Source: Opitutales bacterium
GTDB taxonomy: Bacteria > Verrucomicrobiota > Verrucomicrobiia > Opitutales > UBA9783
NCBI GenBank assembly: GCA_016286235.1
Contig: JAEESJ010000030.1
Coordinates: 1-49,682, forward strand
DNA: 49,682 nucleotides
Reading direction: 5' to 3'
Shown: one piece after another, positions 8,504-17,850 of the stretch
Layout: each line of letters starts with the position of its first letter
Numbering within the stretch: the stretch's first letter is position 1
The notes under the pieces: generated by a model
The model's input: the letters and a program-made list of their open reading frames with translations, nothing else
Told to the model about the DNA's origin: nothing
The model's database searches: none
Translations under genes and position numbers: made by a program

Positions 8504-10066
8504 TTACAGTTCCGATAAGGTGAAAATGACTTTGTCTTCATTTTTCCGCAGTTGAATTTCCTTCTTGGTGACGGATTCGATTTTGTACCCGGACGGCAAC
8601 AGCGCACCTTCGTAATACCGATCGCCGTTCTGTAAATCGATCCATGGAAGTTCGTGCTTCGGAATGGAAACCGTTGTGATGGTTGACGGAAAGAACATTT
8701 GCTTAACGGCATTCGGAGCGACGGTCGCCACGTATGACAAAACCCTGCAAACACCGCGAAAATTTTTCTTCAACGCCTTTTGTGCTTCTTTCCAACGCGG
8801 TTCGTCGGATGCCTGAAGGTTGCCCATGACCATCAGACCCGTTCGCACCGTTTGTATTTTCAGCAGTCCCATCAACTTATGTTGTGTAAGCAGATTTGAT
8901 GCCAAGTCGTAGACTTCGTCCGGACTGAAGAGAGCGGTTTCAACGGAATTAAGCCCGGGGACATCGGTTAACAGGCGGCTTTTAATCGCAGGAAGTTGTT
9001 CAATTGTTTGCAGGTAACCCTTCATGAGAATACCGTCCAATTTGGCGGCGGGGACGGCGGTCAGGGTTTGGAGGGTATTAAGCAATTCCTGCGCCTGTTC
9101 GATCATTTTTTCCTGAACGTAAATGTGAAGCGACTGAAAACTTACCTTAGGTAGCTGATGCAGTTCTTTTTCGAGCTCTTGTTTTTCTTGGGACGTTGCA
9201 ACGTAACACGAAAGGACGAAACGTTTTCCGCTGAGTGAAATTTTTACCAAATCCGCATCGACCTTATGTTTATCCAAAACTTCTTCGATGGATTCTCTAA
9301 GAGCGACAATCGGGAAGGAAGATTCTTCAACAGCAAGGCGTTTTGCTTCTTTTTTGTGCGATACGTGCGTTAAAGTACCGGCGGCTCCAAAAAGCAACAG
9401 CACGATTCCCGAGCCAATCAGCAGAAAACAGAACAATTTTTTCCTGTTGTTCCGTTCAACTTCGGCTTTTTCTTTTGCCTCTTCGGCTTCTTCCGCTTCG
9501 GCTTCGGATTGGAGTTTCGGGACGGTGATGGTCGGCCAAATTTGATTTTTCGGACCGAGTGCCAACAGCGTGGTGCCGCATACAATCGGTTGAAAGGCAT
9601 TTACTTCGCGCTCTTCGTGCGTCTCGATGCCGCCGACAAAAACTGCGGCTCCGTCCTGCGGCGTACAGATGATCTTGTCGTCTTTTACGGAAAAGTTTAC
9701 GTGTTGCTCCTGCAATGCATCGTCGATGAGCACAATATCGCAGGTATCGGCTTTGCCCAACAGAGACGGTTGCGCTCCGATATCGACTTCCGCACCGCCA
9801 TGTGGTCCCGACAAAACGCGCAGGACGAATTTTTTAGCTCCTTCGGTATTTTCGGGCTTATCGCGTATAATGGTAAGCGTATCGGGTGTTTTGCTTTTCC
9901 CGTCTTTTGCAGGCTCCGCCGTTTCCGTATCTTCCGACTTTGTTTCTTTGTTATCGGTATTTTCGGATGTCTCTAAACCCTCCGTCGTCGGTTTCGCTTC
10001 GGACGCGGGATCCTCATCCACCTTCTTCACAGGCGGTACCTTGTCCGTCTCATCAACCTCCGACAT
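8504..10066 (-). CDS. sctD: T3SS inner-membrane ring protein SctD (YscD; FHA-like cytoplasmic domain)
   Basis: LRVLSGPHGGAE...CDIVLID FHA-like domain, single TM, periplasmic ring domains, C-terminal NGDRYYEGALLPSGYKIESV; acidic N-terminal extension. Confidence 0.92.
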   Translation of the reverse strand: MSEVDETDKVPPVKKVDEDPASEAKPTTEGLETSENTDNKETKSEDTETAEPAKDGKSKTPDTLTIIRDKPENTEGAKKFVLRVLSGPHGGAEVDIGAQPSLLGKADTCDIVLIDDALQEQHVNFSVKDDKIICTPQDGAAVFVGGIETHEEREVNAFQPIVCGTTLLALGPKNQIWPTITVPKLQSEAEAEEAEEAKEKAEVERNNRKKLFCFLLIGSGIVLLLFGAAGTLTHVSHKKEAKRLAVEESSFPIVALRESIEEVLDKHKVDADLVKISLSGKRFVLSCYVATSQEKQELEKELHQLPKVSFQSLHIYVQEKMIEQAQELLNTLQTLTAVPAAKLDGILMKGYLQTIEQLPAIKSRLLTDVPGLNSVETALFSPDEVYDLASNLLTQHKLMGLLKIQTVRTGLMVMGNLQASDEPRWKEAQKALKKNFRGVCRVLSYVATVAPNAVKQMFFPSTITTVSIPKHELPWIDLQNGDRYYEGALLPSGYKIESVTKKEIQLRKNEDKVIFTLSEL

Positions 10067-10102
10067 TACCCTTAATTTAACGGTTTTTGGGGAGTTTGTA
10101 AA
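10067..10102 (-). promoter_or_regulatory. putative sigma70 promoter of the T3SS operon (possibly leaderless)
   Basis: Minus strand TTTACA-N17-TAAATT-N7-ATG(sctD). Confidence 0.5.
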
Positions 10103-10690
10103 TAAAAAGAGATTGAGGTTATATTTTTAAAGTGATAAAAGCACACTTAAATTTTTTTCGTAGAGAAGCAGGGGGGCAAAGTTGTTTAGAGTAGCGGTAT
10201 TAGTGAAGGTTTTTAAAGGAAAATTTTAAAGGTGCTTGTTTGCTTAGAAGTTATGAAAGAATGAGTACACAGTGTGAAGTATACGGGACTTTCGGTTTTC
10301 AAAATGCAATTGCGCTTAGAGAAGCACAAAAGAATGGTCGCTTGTATGCGAGGCAATCGATATTTGGAAAACATATGCGAGTTTGCCAATAAGTCTATTG
10401 CCACCCATTGCCATTTATGTTTCCGCAACGCCGTGTTGGCAAATCCTAAAGAGCCCTTCAAAACCACTCTAAGTCGCATACTTTTGTCATTTTGGTCAAT
10501 TTTACTTATTTATCACTTGTCATTACTGTTACTCCATGTGTTTATAACCAAAGGTTGCGCCTGCCGTCCCTTCGCACGCAAAAATTCAGCTTTTATCCTC
10601 CATTTCCCGGATATTGTTTTTTATCGTATTTTCAAAAATCAATTCCGTAATTGTTAAAAACATGGCATACTACGGGTGTAATCCATCGTT

Positions 10691-11806
10691 ATGTCTTTGT
10701 CGCGCGAAGACGCTTATCTGATTTTGAATGCGCTTCCGCGGGTCGGGTGGGTAACGTTGCAACGTTTGTTGCAAAATTTTGACAACGATCCGCAGGCAAT
10801 TTTGAACGGGACGGAGACGGATTTTAAGCGCATCGGGATTACGGCTGCCGCTTGTAAAAATTTGTGTCAGTGGCGGTCGTTGTTTGAACCGACGGCGGAA
10901 AAAAAGCGCTTAGCCGCGATGGGAGCCGTTTTTATCTCCTTCGAGCATCCGGATTATCCGCCGCTGTTGAAAAACATCTACGATCCGCCGATCGGGTTGT
11001 ATCTGCTCGGTGCGTTGCGACCGTCGGATCGAACGATTGCCGTTGTCGGCAGTCGGTATGCGACGGCGTACGGATTACAACTGGCGGAACGGTTTGGAGC
11101 CGAGTGCGCCGAGCGCGGTTGGTGCGTAGCGAGCGGTTTTGCGCGCGGCATCGATACCGCCGCCCATCGCGGGGCGTTGCGCGCCAAAGGTGCGACCGTA
11201 GCGGTGTTGGGGTGCGGGCTGGATCGCATTTATCCTCCCGAGAATGCCGATTTGTACGCGCAACTGAAACAACACGGGTGTTTGCTGTCGGAATTTCCGC
11301 TCGGGACGCGTGCCGATCGCATGACGTTCCCGCGGAGAAATCGGATTTTGTCGGGCATGTCGCGGGCAACATGGGTGATTGAATCCGATGTTAAGGGCGG
11401 CAGTATGCTGACGGCGGCGTTTGCCAACGATCAAAACCGACCGGTGTTTGCGACGCCAGGGCGTGTGGATTCGCCGCTAAGCCGCGGTTGTCACGCGCTT
11501 ATTCGCGACGGTGCAACGTTGGCGACGTGTGTTGATGATGTACTGGAGGATTTAAAAGCGGCGCCTCCGTTACCGTTACAGCTGGATTTTGAAGCAAAAA
11601 TGCAGCATATTCGGCGCGACAAAGAGCCTTCTTTGGAGGGCGCGGAGTTGCGCGTTTATGAAACATTGAAGGCGAAGGGAGCACTCGGAAGTTCGGAGTT
11701 GTGTGCGTACTGCGAATTGGAGCCCGAAGTACTGCAACGGGTTTTGTTTTCGCTGGAACTCAACCGTTGGATTGTGCGCCGAAACGACGGATTGTTTGAA
11801 TTATGA
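10691..11806 (+). CDS. dprA: DNA-processing protein DprA (Smf)
   Basis: YPPLLKNIYDPP, AVVGSR, SGFARGIDTAAH, SEFPLG...FPRRNRILSG, C-terminal winged helix. Confidence 0.96.
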   Translation: MSLSREDAYLILNALPRVGWVTLQRLLQNFDNDPQAILNGTETDFKRIGITAAACKNLCQWRSLFEPTAEKKRLAAMGAVFISFEHPDYPPLLKNIYDPPIGLYLLGALRPSDRTIAVVGSRYATAYGLQLAERFGAECAERGWCVASGFARGIDTAAHRGALRAKGATVAVLGCGLDRIYPPENADLYAQLKQHGCLLSEFPLGTRADRMTFPRRNRILSGMSRATWVIESDVKGGSMLTAAFANDQNRPVFATPGRVDSPLSRGCHALIRDGATLATCVDDVLEDLKAAPPLPLQLDFEAKMQHIRRDKEPSLEGAELRVYETLKAKGALGSSELCAYCELEPEVLQRVLFSLELNRWIVRRNDGLFEL

Positions 11807-12426
11807 TTGGATTTGAAGCATTGATTTGTGACCCGCCGTATCGAACGAATGTTTATTACGCCGTCGATCGGGATCGAAAAATTGCCTGTGTCATCGATGC
11901 GGCACCGGGAAGTTTTAAGGCATTGCAATCGAAATTAAATGGTTTGGAAGTTCACGTGTTTCTGACGCACGGGCATTGGGATCATGTTGCGGATGCGAAA
12001 GCGTTTAAAGAGAGTCTGAATGCCAAACTGTATCTGCATCGGGACGATATGCCGTTGATTAAAGACGTCGGATTTCAGAAAATAATCGCATGCGGTCAGC
12101 CGTATAAACCGTTTGAAGCCGATGTTCTTCTTAATGGCGGTGAAACGTTGACATGCGGCGATTGGGCGTTTGAGGTTTTGCATTTACCGGGGCACACGCT
12201 CGGGAGCGTCGGTTTTTACGACGAAGCCAACAGGCAACTTTTCGTCGGCGATACGTTATTTTACCAAACGATCGGACGAACGGATTTGGGCGGTTTGGAA
12301 GAAAAAATGAAAGCCTCCCTTGCGCGCCTTTCGCAGTTGCCGCCGAGGACTTGCGTTTATCCCGGGCACGGGCTCTCCACGACGATCGAAAACGAAAAAG
12401 TAACCTTCGAGCGGTTCGGGAAGTAA
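11803..12426 (+). CDS. MBL-fold metallo-hydrolase (glyoxalase II/YcbL-like)
   Basis: THGHWDH, PGHT, GDTLF, PGHG motifs. Confidence 0.9.
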   Translation: MIGFEALICDPPYRTNVYYAVDRDRKIACVIDAAPGSFKALQSKLNGLEVHVFLTHGHWDHVADAKAFKESLNAKLYLHRDDMPLIKDVGFQKIIACGQPYKPFEADVLLNGGETLTCGDWAFEVLHLPGHTLGSVGFYDEANRQLFVGDTLFYQTIGRTDLGGLEEKMKASLARLSQLPPRTCVYPGHGLSTTIENEKVTFERFGK

Positions 12427-12709
12427 GAAACGCCCGTAATCTGCCGTGGGTTTGGAAAACGACGGCGGAGGCAGAACGGGAAAAAGTGTTAATCTGCATC
12501 GCAACCGCCTGTGATAAATTGAGCAGTAACGAAGAAAGTTATGAGGATGACGACGAAAGTTTTTTAAACGGTATTAAAATACGCGCCCGACACAAAAACC
12601 GCCCAAAAAAGACGGACAATGATTTTTTTGCTGACGGTCAACCGAGCGTGAACCGCTGATGTTATACCTCATACGGTCGGGAGCAACGGATTTTGCTTCT
12701 TTACGCACT

Positions 12710-13393
12710 TCAAATTACACCCGCCGCAAGCACTTTATCGACGATGGTCATGCACGTTTCGGCGGTGGTTTTAAGGCGCTTTTGAAATTCGTCGGCACCA
12801 CCCGTGATGCTGTCGGAAACCGTCTTGATCAGCAAATTCGGGATGCGATTGAGATCACATATAAGAATAACCGCGGCACTTTCCATGTCGCAAATGTCCG
12901 CGCCGAATTGCCGATGAAGGTTCGCCTTTTGTTCGGGCGCATCCACAAATTTGTCGGCACAGGCGCACACCGCCGTCGGGATGTTCGGGTAAAGTGCGCA
13001 AACGGTCTTCAAAACGTCGGCGGAGGTGGGCAAGTAGATATCCGAATACTCCAAGTACCGACCGACTTCGCAATGATCCAACGCTGACGTATCCATGTCG
13101 TAATGCACGACCTTCGACACAAAGCAGGTATCGGCGGTTTTCAGTTGTTCCGTCAGAGCTCCGACGACGCCGAAATTCAGCAAAAATTCGATCTTAAAAC
13201 AGTCGCAGAGCATTTGAACCGCCGCCGCTGCCTTAATCAGCCCGACGCCCGAGTGTACAAAATGCAATTTGCAGTCTTTGCGTTCAAGGATATAAACGTC
13301 AAAGCCGTTTTGCCGAACGTGCTGTAGCTCCGATTTGTACTGCGTAAGAACGGCTTCGATTTCGCATGCCACCAACAATCCGATGTTCTTCAT
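12710..13393 (-). CDS. mtnN: 5'-methylthioadenosine/S-adenosylhomocysteine nucleosidase
   Basis: SGVGLIKAA, NFGVVGAL, VVHYDMD, DMESAAV, KTVSDS (PNP/UDP_1 family). Confidence 0.88.
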   Translation of the reverse strand: MKNIGLLVACEIEAVLTQYKSELQHVRQNGFDVYILERKDCKLHFVHSGVGLIKAAAAVQMLCDCFKIEFLLNFGVVGALTEQLKTADTCFVSKVVHYDMDTSALDHCEVGRYLEYSDIYLPTSADVLKTVCALYPNIPTAVCACADKFVDAPEQKANLHRQFGADICDMESAAVILICDLNRIPNLLIKTVSDSITGGADEFQKRLKTTAETCMTIVDKVLAAGVI

Positions 13394-13662
13394 AGGTCTG
13401 ACTTCTATGTGTAATGTAGGAAAAATCTATTACCTTCCTCCGAAGAATGCCCGAAAAACGAAACTTTTTCAATGCTTTTCCGCGTATAGTATGTCGCTAA
13501 GGTTGAAAATGCTTCGAAAATGACAAAAATAAGTCCTGTTCTGCCTTCCAAAATGATATTTTTATGTTTTTTTGATGCAAAAACAGGCATTTGTCGCCAT
13601 TCTCCCCTTTTAAGGTTTGCTTTCACGAAAATTATGCTTTCAATGGGAGCAACAAGCAAAAA

Positions 13663-14823
13663 ATGACAAAACAAACAATGCATATTTCGTCGGAAGGTAT
13701 CGGCGAGGGGCATCCCGACAAGGTCGCGGATTATATTTCGGATTCGATTTTGGATGCCTGCTTAGCGCAGGATCCGCAGGCGCATGTGGCATGCGAAACG
13801 CTCGTGAAGTCCAATCATGTCGTGGTGGCGGGGGAGATTACGACAAGTGCGGTTTTTGATACGAACGCCGTTATTCGGCGGGCAATTCGCGAGATCGGTT
13901 ACACCTACCCCGAGATGCTTTTCAATGCCGATACGGTGTTTATCACGAATTTGCTGACGAAGCAGTCGGGAGAGATTAACGGTGCGGTGGTAAAAGAAAA
14001 GGAGGAAGCGGCGGAGGTCGGTGCCGGCGACCAGGGATTTTTCTTCGGGTACGCCTGCAACGAAACCGATCAGCTGATGCCGGCGTCCTATTTGTTGGCG
14101 CAAAAGATTGCTCAAAAACTGGCGACGGAGCGCAAAGAAGGGAATGTTGATTGGTTGCGTCCCGATTCCAAGATGCTGGTAACCATGCGTTACGAAGGTT
14201 TGGAGCCGATTGAAATCGAAAATATCGTCATCGCGACCCAACACGCCGAATCGGTTTCGCAAAAGGAGATTGAAACCTTCTGTCGGGAGTGCGTTATTCC
14301 GGCGGTTATTCCCGCCAAGTGGCTGACGGCGAATACCAAATACTTTATCAATTCAAGCGGTCAATTTACCTACGGCGGTCCGGAAGCCGACACGGGCTTG
14401 ACGGGGCGCAAAATCATCGCCGACACCTACGGCGGTTGGGCGCATCACGGCGGCGGGGCGTTTTCCGGCAAAGATCCGTCGAAGGTGGATCGTTCGGGTG
14501 CGTATTTTTGCCGCTGGGTCGCCAAGAACGTTGTTGCGGCGCGACTGGCGGATCGCGTGGAAGTACGTTTGGCGTACACCATCGGAGGAACGCATCCCAT
14601 TCATTACGATTTAACCACCTACGGAACGGAGCATTGCGATTTGGATTGTTTAAATAAAGCTGTTACGGAGGTATTTGACGGTCGTGTGGCGGCGATTATC
14701 GAACAAATGGATTTGCGGCGTCCGATTTATCGCCAATCGACGCAGTTCGGGCATTTCACGAAGCCAAACCTTCCTTGGGAACAGACTAATCGCATTGAGG
14801 AATTAAAGAAGCGTTGCGGTTGA
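13663..14823 (+). CDS. metK: S-adenosylmethionine synthetase
   Basis: EGHPDK, GAGDQG, GLTGRKII.DTYGG, HGGGAFSGKDPSKVDRS; start moved to ATG 13663. Confidence 0.96.
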   Translation: MTKQTMHISSEGIGEGHPDKVADYISDSILDACLAQDPQAHVACETLVKSNHVVVAGEITTSAVFDTNAVIRRAIREIGYTYPEMLFNADTVFITNLLTKQSGEINGAVVKEKEEAAEVGAGDQGFFFGYACNETDQLMPASYLLAQKIAQKLATERKEGNVDWLRPDSKMLVTMRYEGLEPIEIENIVIATQHAESVSQKEIETFCRECVIPAVIPAKWLTANTKYFINSSGQFTYGGPEADTGLTGRKIIADTYGGWAHHGGGAFSGKDPSKVDRSGAYFCRWVAKNVVAARLADRVEVRLAYTIGGTHPIHYDLTTYGTEHCDLDCLNKAVTEVFDGRVAAIIEQMDLRRPIYRQSTQFGHFTKPNLPWEQTNRIEELKKRCG

Positions 14824-14907
14824 GCGCGGCGTTCGGTTGTATTCCGTGATGCATGGGTTGCGTTCGTCGGCTTGACAGAACTTTTCGCGATTTGACATAA
14901 GAAAGGT

Positions 14908-15111
14908 GTGTTAATTGCGAGCAGACGGGTCGGTGAGGCGTTCAATATCTGTGCGCCCGATAAAGAGACCGTTATTTGTTCGCTCAAAGTAAAAAATATC
15001 GAAAGTCGGCATGATGTTCACCCCGAATTGACGGGAAAGTGCGGTTACAAAGGCGTTGGAGTCGTCGAATTTTTGGCGGATAAAAAAGAGATTTTTGTTT
15101 CATCGAAATGA
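14908..15111 (+). pseudogene. chimeric ORF: CsrA-like N-terminus fused to a decayed accC copy
   Basis: MLIASRRVGEAFNI resembles CsrA MLILxRRVGExxxI; from 15026 the DNA matches accC; upstream TTGACA-N18-CATAAG-N6-GTG. Confidence 0.5.
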
Positions 15112-15215
15112 ACGCCGCCTTCAAGGGAGTACACCGTACCGAAGAAACCATGGGAATTGATTTGGTTAAACGGGTGGCAAACGACGAAAAACTGACGTTG
15201 CGACGGAAGGATATT
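15026..15215 (+). repeat. degenerate duplicate of internal accC segment 20832-21034
   Basis: Aligned by eye at roughly 80% identity, with shared blocks tttcatcgaaatgaa, ccatgggaattgatttggtt, gggtggcaaacg and gaaggatatt; several small deletions. Confidence 0.92.
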
Positions 15216-15269
15216 GTTTGATAGAAACAAAAAGGATACCGTGCGTTAAATACTCGTTGCTATCATATT

Positions 15270-16665
15270 ATGGAATTGACGGAGGTATTGAAAGCCGAAG
15301 AAGCGTTTTTTGATCAACGGAAAATTTATGCTTTGGTATTGCGTTTGGGAATACCGGCGATTATTGCCCAATTGGCATCGGTTGCCATGCAATATATTGA
15401 TGCCGCGATGGTTGGAAGTCTTGGAGCTTCCGCATCGACTGCCGTTGGTGTTGTTACTTCATCTACGTGGATTGTAAGCGGACTTGCCTATGCCGTTGCT
15501 ACGGGATTTTCGGTTCAAACAGCCCATGCAACGGGAGCGGATGACGCGGTTCGAGCCAAAAAGGTTTTCCGCGAAGGGTTGAGCATTTGCTTCGTGATTT
15601 CATGCTTGCTTTCTTTTATCGGAATCGGCTTAAGTCCGCATTTACCTTCTCTTATGGGAGCCGAACCGAAAATTTGGCACGATGCATCAATGTATTTCTT
15701 CATCTATTCCTGTGCGATTCCTGCCATGTTGTTGCGAGTTTTTTCGGGGAATGTTTTGCAATGTGCGGGAAATACAAAAATTCCGAGCCTCCTTAATTCA
15801 CTTTTGTGTTTATTCGATGTTTTATTCAACTGCTTTTTAATTTTTTCCGGTCCGCAAAATTGCAATCGGGAATTTTTTGATTTACATACCGGGTGCGAAT
15901 TTAGGCGTTGCCGGCGCGGCTCTCGGAACGGCTTTTTCTGAAATTATTATTTCAATCGCGATGTTTATGACGGCTTTTCGGATGCCGAATCTTCATTTTG
16001 ATTTTTCCTTTTCGAAATTTTCAAAAGACATCTTAAAAACTGCATCCAAAATCTCCGAACCCATGGCGCTCGAATCGGTGGTAATGAACGGAGCATATAT
16101 TGTTATCACAAGTATTGTTGCGCCGCTTGGAGCCGTCTCGCTTGCCGCTGATGTTTTCGGATTTATAATGGAACAAATTTGCTATCTTCCCGCATTTGGA
16201 ATGTCAATTGCCGCCACAACGCTCATGGGACAAGCTCTCGGGGCAAAACGAAAAGATCTTGCTCGAAAATTCGCTTGGTCCGCGGTCAAATGCGGAGTGG
16301 TGATCGTAACGATGACGGCGGTTGCTTTGTATTTTTTCGCACCGGTTGTTTTCGATTTATTAACACCCGATATCGCCGTAAGAGAATTGGGGGTGAAGAT
16401 ATTAAGAATCGTGCTTTTTTCGGAACCGTTATTTGCGGCACCAACGGTTATTGTCGGCGCATTAAGAGGGGCAAAAGATACATTCATACCGAGCATGTTC
16501 ACGGTTGTCGGTGAGTGGTTTGTGCTTATACCGTGTGCATTGTTTTTTGTGAAAACGTACGGACTGGCGGGTGTTTGGTTCGGTATTTCCGCAAATTTTT
16601 GTATACGCGGAATTTTCTTCCTGTTACGTCTGCGAAACGAGAAAAGTTGGATGAAAATATCATGA
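15270..16665 (+). pseudogene. MATE family efflux transporter split by a +1 frameshift
   Basis: ORFs 15270-15941 and 15877-16665 both encode MATE halves (IDAAMVGSLG, LGVAGAALGT, GALRGAKDT); removing one T from T6 at 15841-15846 gives continuous LIFPVRKIAIGNFLIYIPGANLGV. Confidence 0.85.
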
Positions 16666-16960
16666 AAGTTTGAAAATCGGATTTTATATCAAACGGTCAC
16701 GGAAGCTTGCATTGTAAAAAATCATTTTTTGGGCTCCGGACTGACATCTTTTACAACTTTCTCCAAAAGATACGTTCTATAGAATGAGAGAAGTTATTTG
16801 TTTCTATGGTTAAGTATGCATTTGCTTTCTTTTAAATACGAAATAAACTTCACATCCGTTAAACGATTAAACCTTACAAAACGCAGTTTGAGGTAACTCC
16901 AAAAACATTCAATGCCGTTTCTCGCGGACAAATTCGTTTTTGCCGTGAGAAACGTGATGG

Positions 16961-17098
16961 TCATTGCCGATTACCGCGAACCAATCGCAATTCAAAATGA
17001 TTTTCATCCGGCTCCAATTCGCACAATTCTTTCTTTTGTCTTTTCGGAGAATATTGCAAAATCCTCTCTCGAATTTCGTTGTAATATGCATTTATCGT
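16961..17098 (-). mobile_element. decayed IS1595-family transposase fragment
   Basis: Frame not in the ORF track reads TINAYYNEIRERILQYSPKRQKKELCELEPDENHFELRLVRGNRQ*, resembling IS1595 N-x-IRERI...GExExDESYFGxxRVRGKRG. Confidence 0.55.
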
Positions 17099-17220
17099 TG
17101 GTTTTGGAAGTTTTTCGGCGCGACGGTTTTGAAGTGACGATTTTGAAAAAAGCTTGCCTTGTGTTTTATGACTTTTTATTGACGAAAAGTGCCTTCAAAA
17201 TATGCTTAAAATGAGGGCGC

Positions 17221-17850
17221 ATGGTCGGGGAAGACGAGGCGGGAAAGGCGGCGGCTTCCGACGTGGAGGATTTGGAGTGGTTGGAACGCTTCAAATCCGG
17301 CAATCGGCGGGCGTTCGAATTTTTCGTCAAAAAATATCAGCGGCGGCTGTTTCGGGTCATCTACAACATGACGAGCTCGAAGGAGGATACCGCGGATTTG
17401 CTGCAAGATGTGTTTTTGAAGGCGTTTCGTTCGCTGGAAACCTTCAGGGGGCAATCGAAGTTTTATACGTGGCTGTGCCGCATCGCCATCAATAAGACGC
17501 TGGATTTTTTGGATGCGCGCAAACGAAAGCCTGTGTACAGCCTGGAAACATGGGGTGAAGGCGAGAATGTGGCGGAATTTTTGATGCCCGGCGAAAACAT
17601 TCCCGCCGCCGATCGGGCGGTGCTGTTGAAAGAATTGCAGGAAAAATTGAACGAATCATTGCAACAGCTGTCTCATAATCATAGAACGGTGGTTGTTCTG
17701 TTCGAGATCGAAGGAATGAGTCATGCCGAAATTGCAAAAACGCTGCAATGTTCGGAGGGGACGGTGCGTTCACGCTTGCATTATGCAAAGGAACAGCTTA
17801 AACAATCATTGTCGCGGTATTTGAAAGGACATGGAAGAACCGAAGTTTGA
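17221..17850 (+). CDS. ECF RNA polymerase sigma factor (RpoE/SigW-like)
   Basis: DLLQDVFLKAF, FRGQSKFYTWLCRIAIN, EGMSHAEIAKTLQCSEGTVRSRLHYA. Confidence 0.95.
   Translation: MVGEDEAGKAAASDVEDLEWLERFKSGNRRAFEFFVKKYQRRLFRVIYNMTSSKEDTADLLQDVFLKAFRSLETFRGQSKFYTWLCRIAINKTLDFLDARKRKPVYSLETWGEGENVAEFLMPGENIPAADRAVLLKELQEKLNESLQQLSHNHRTVVVLFEIEGMSHAEIAKTLQCSEGTVRSRLHYAKEQLKQSLSRYLKGHGRTEV

Noticed and set aside
78-10066. Flagellar export/basal-body operon
   Set aside because: SctJ is a lipoprotein, SctD/needle/inner-rod/chaperone genes are present, and no fliF/fliG/flg genes are seen
10375-10445. sigma54 promoter for the T3SS from the TGGCA repeats
   Set aside because: None has GC at the required GG-N10-GC spacing
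10213-10657. ORFs 10213-10479(-) and 10274-10657(+) as genes
   Set aside because: No recognisable motifs, atypical composition and mutual overlap in an AT-rich intergenic region
13394-13662. SAM riboswitch before metK/mtnN
   Set aside because: No SAM-I/II/IV conserved core recognisable by eye
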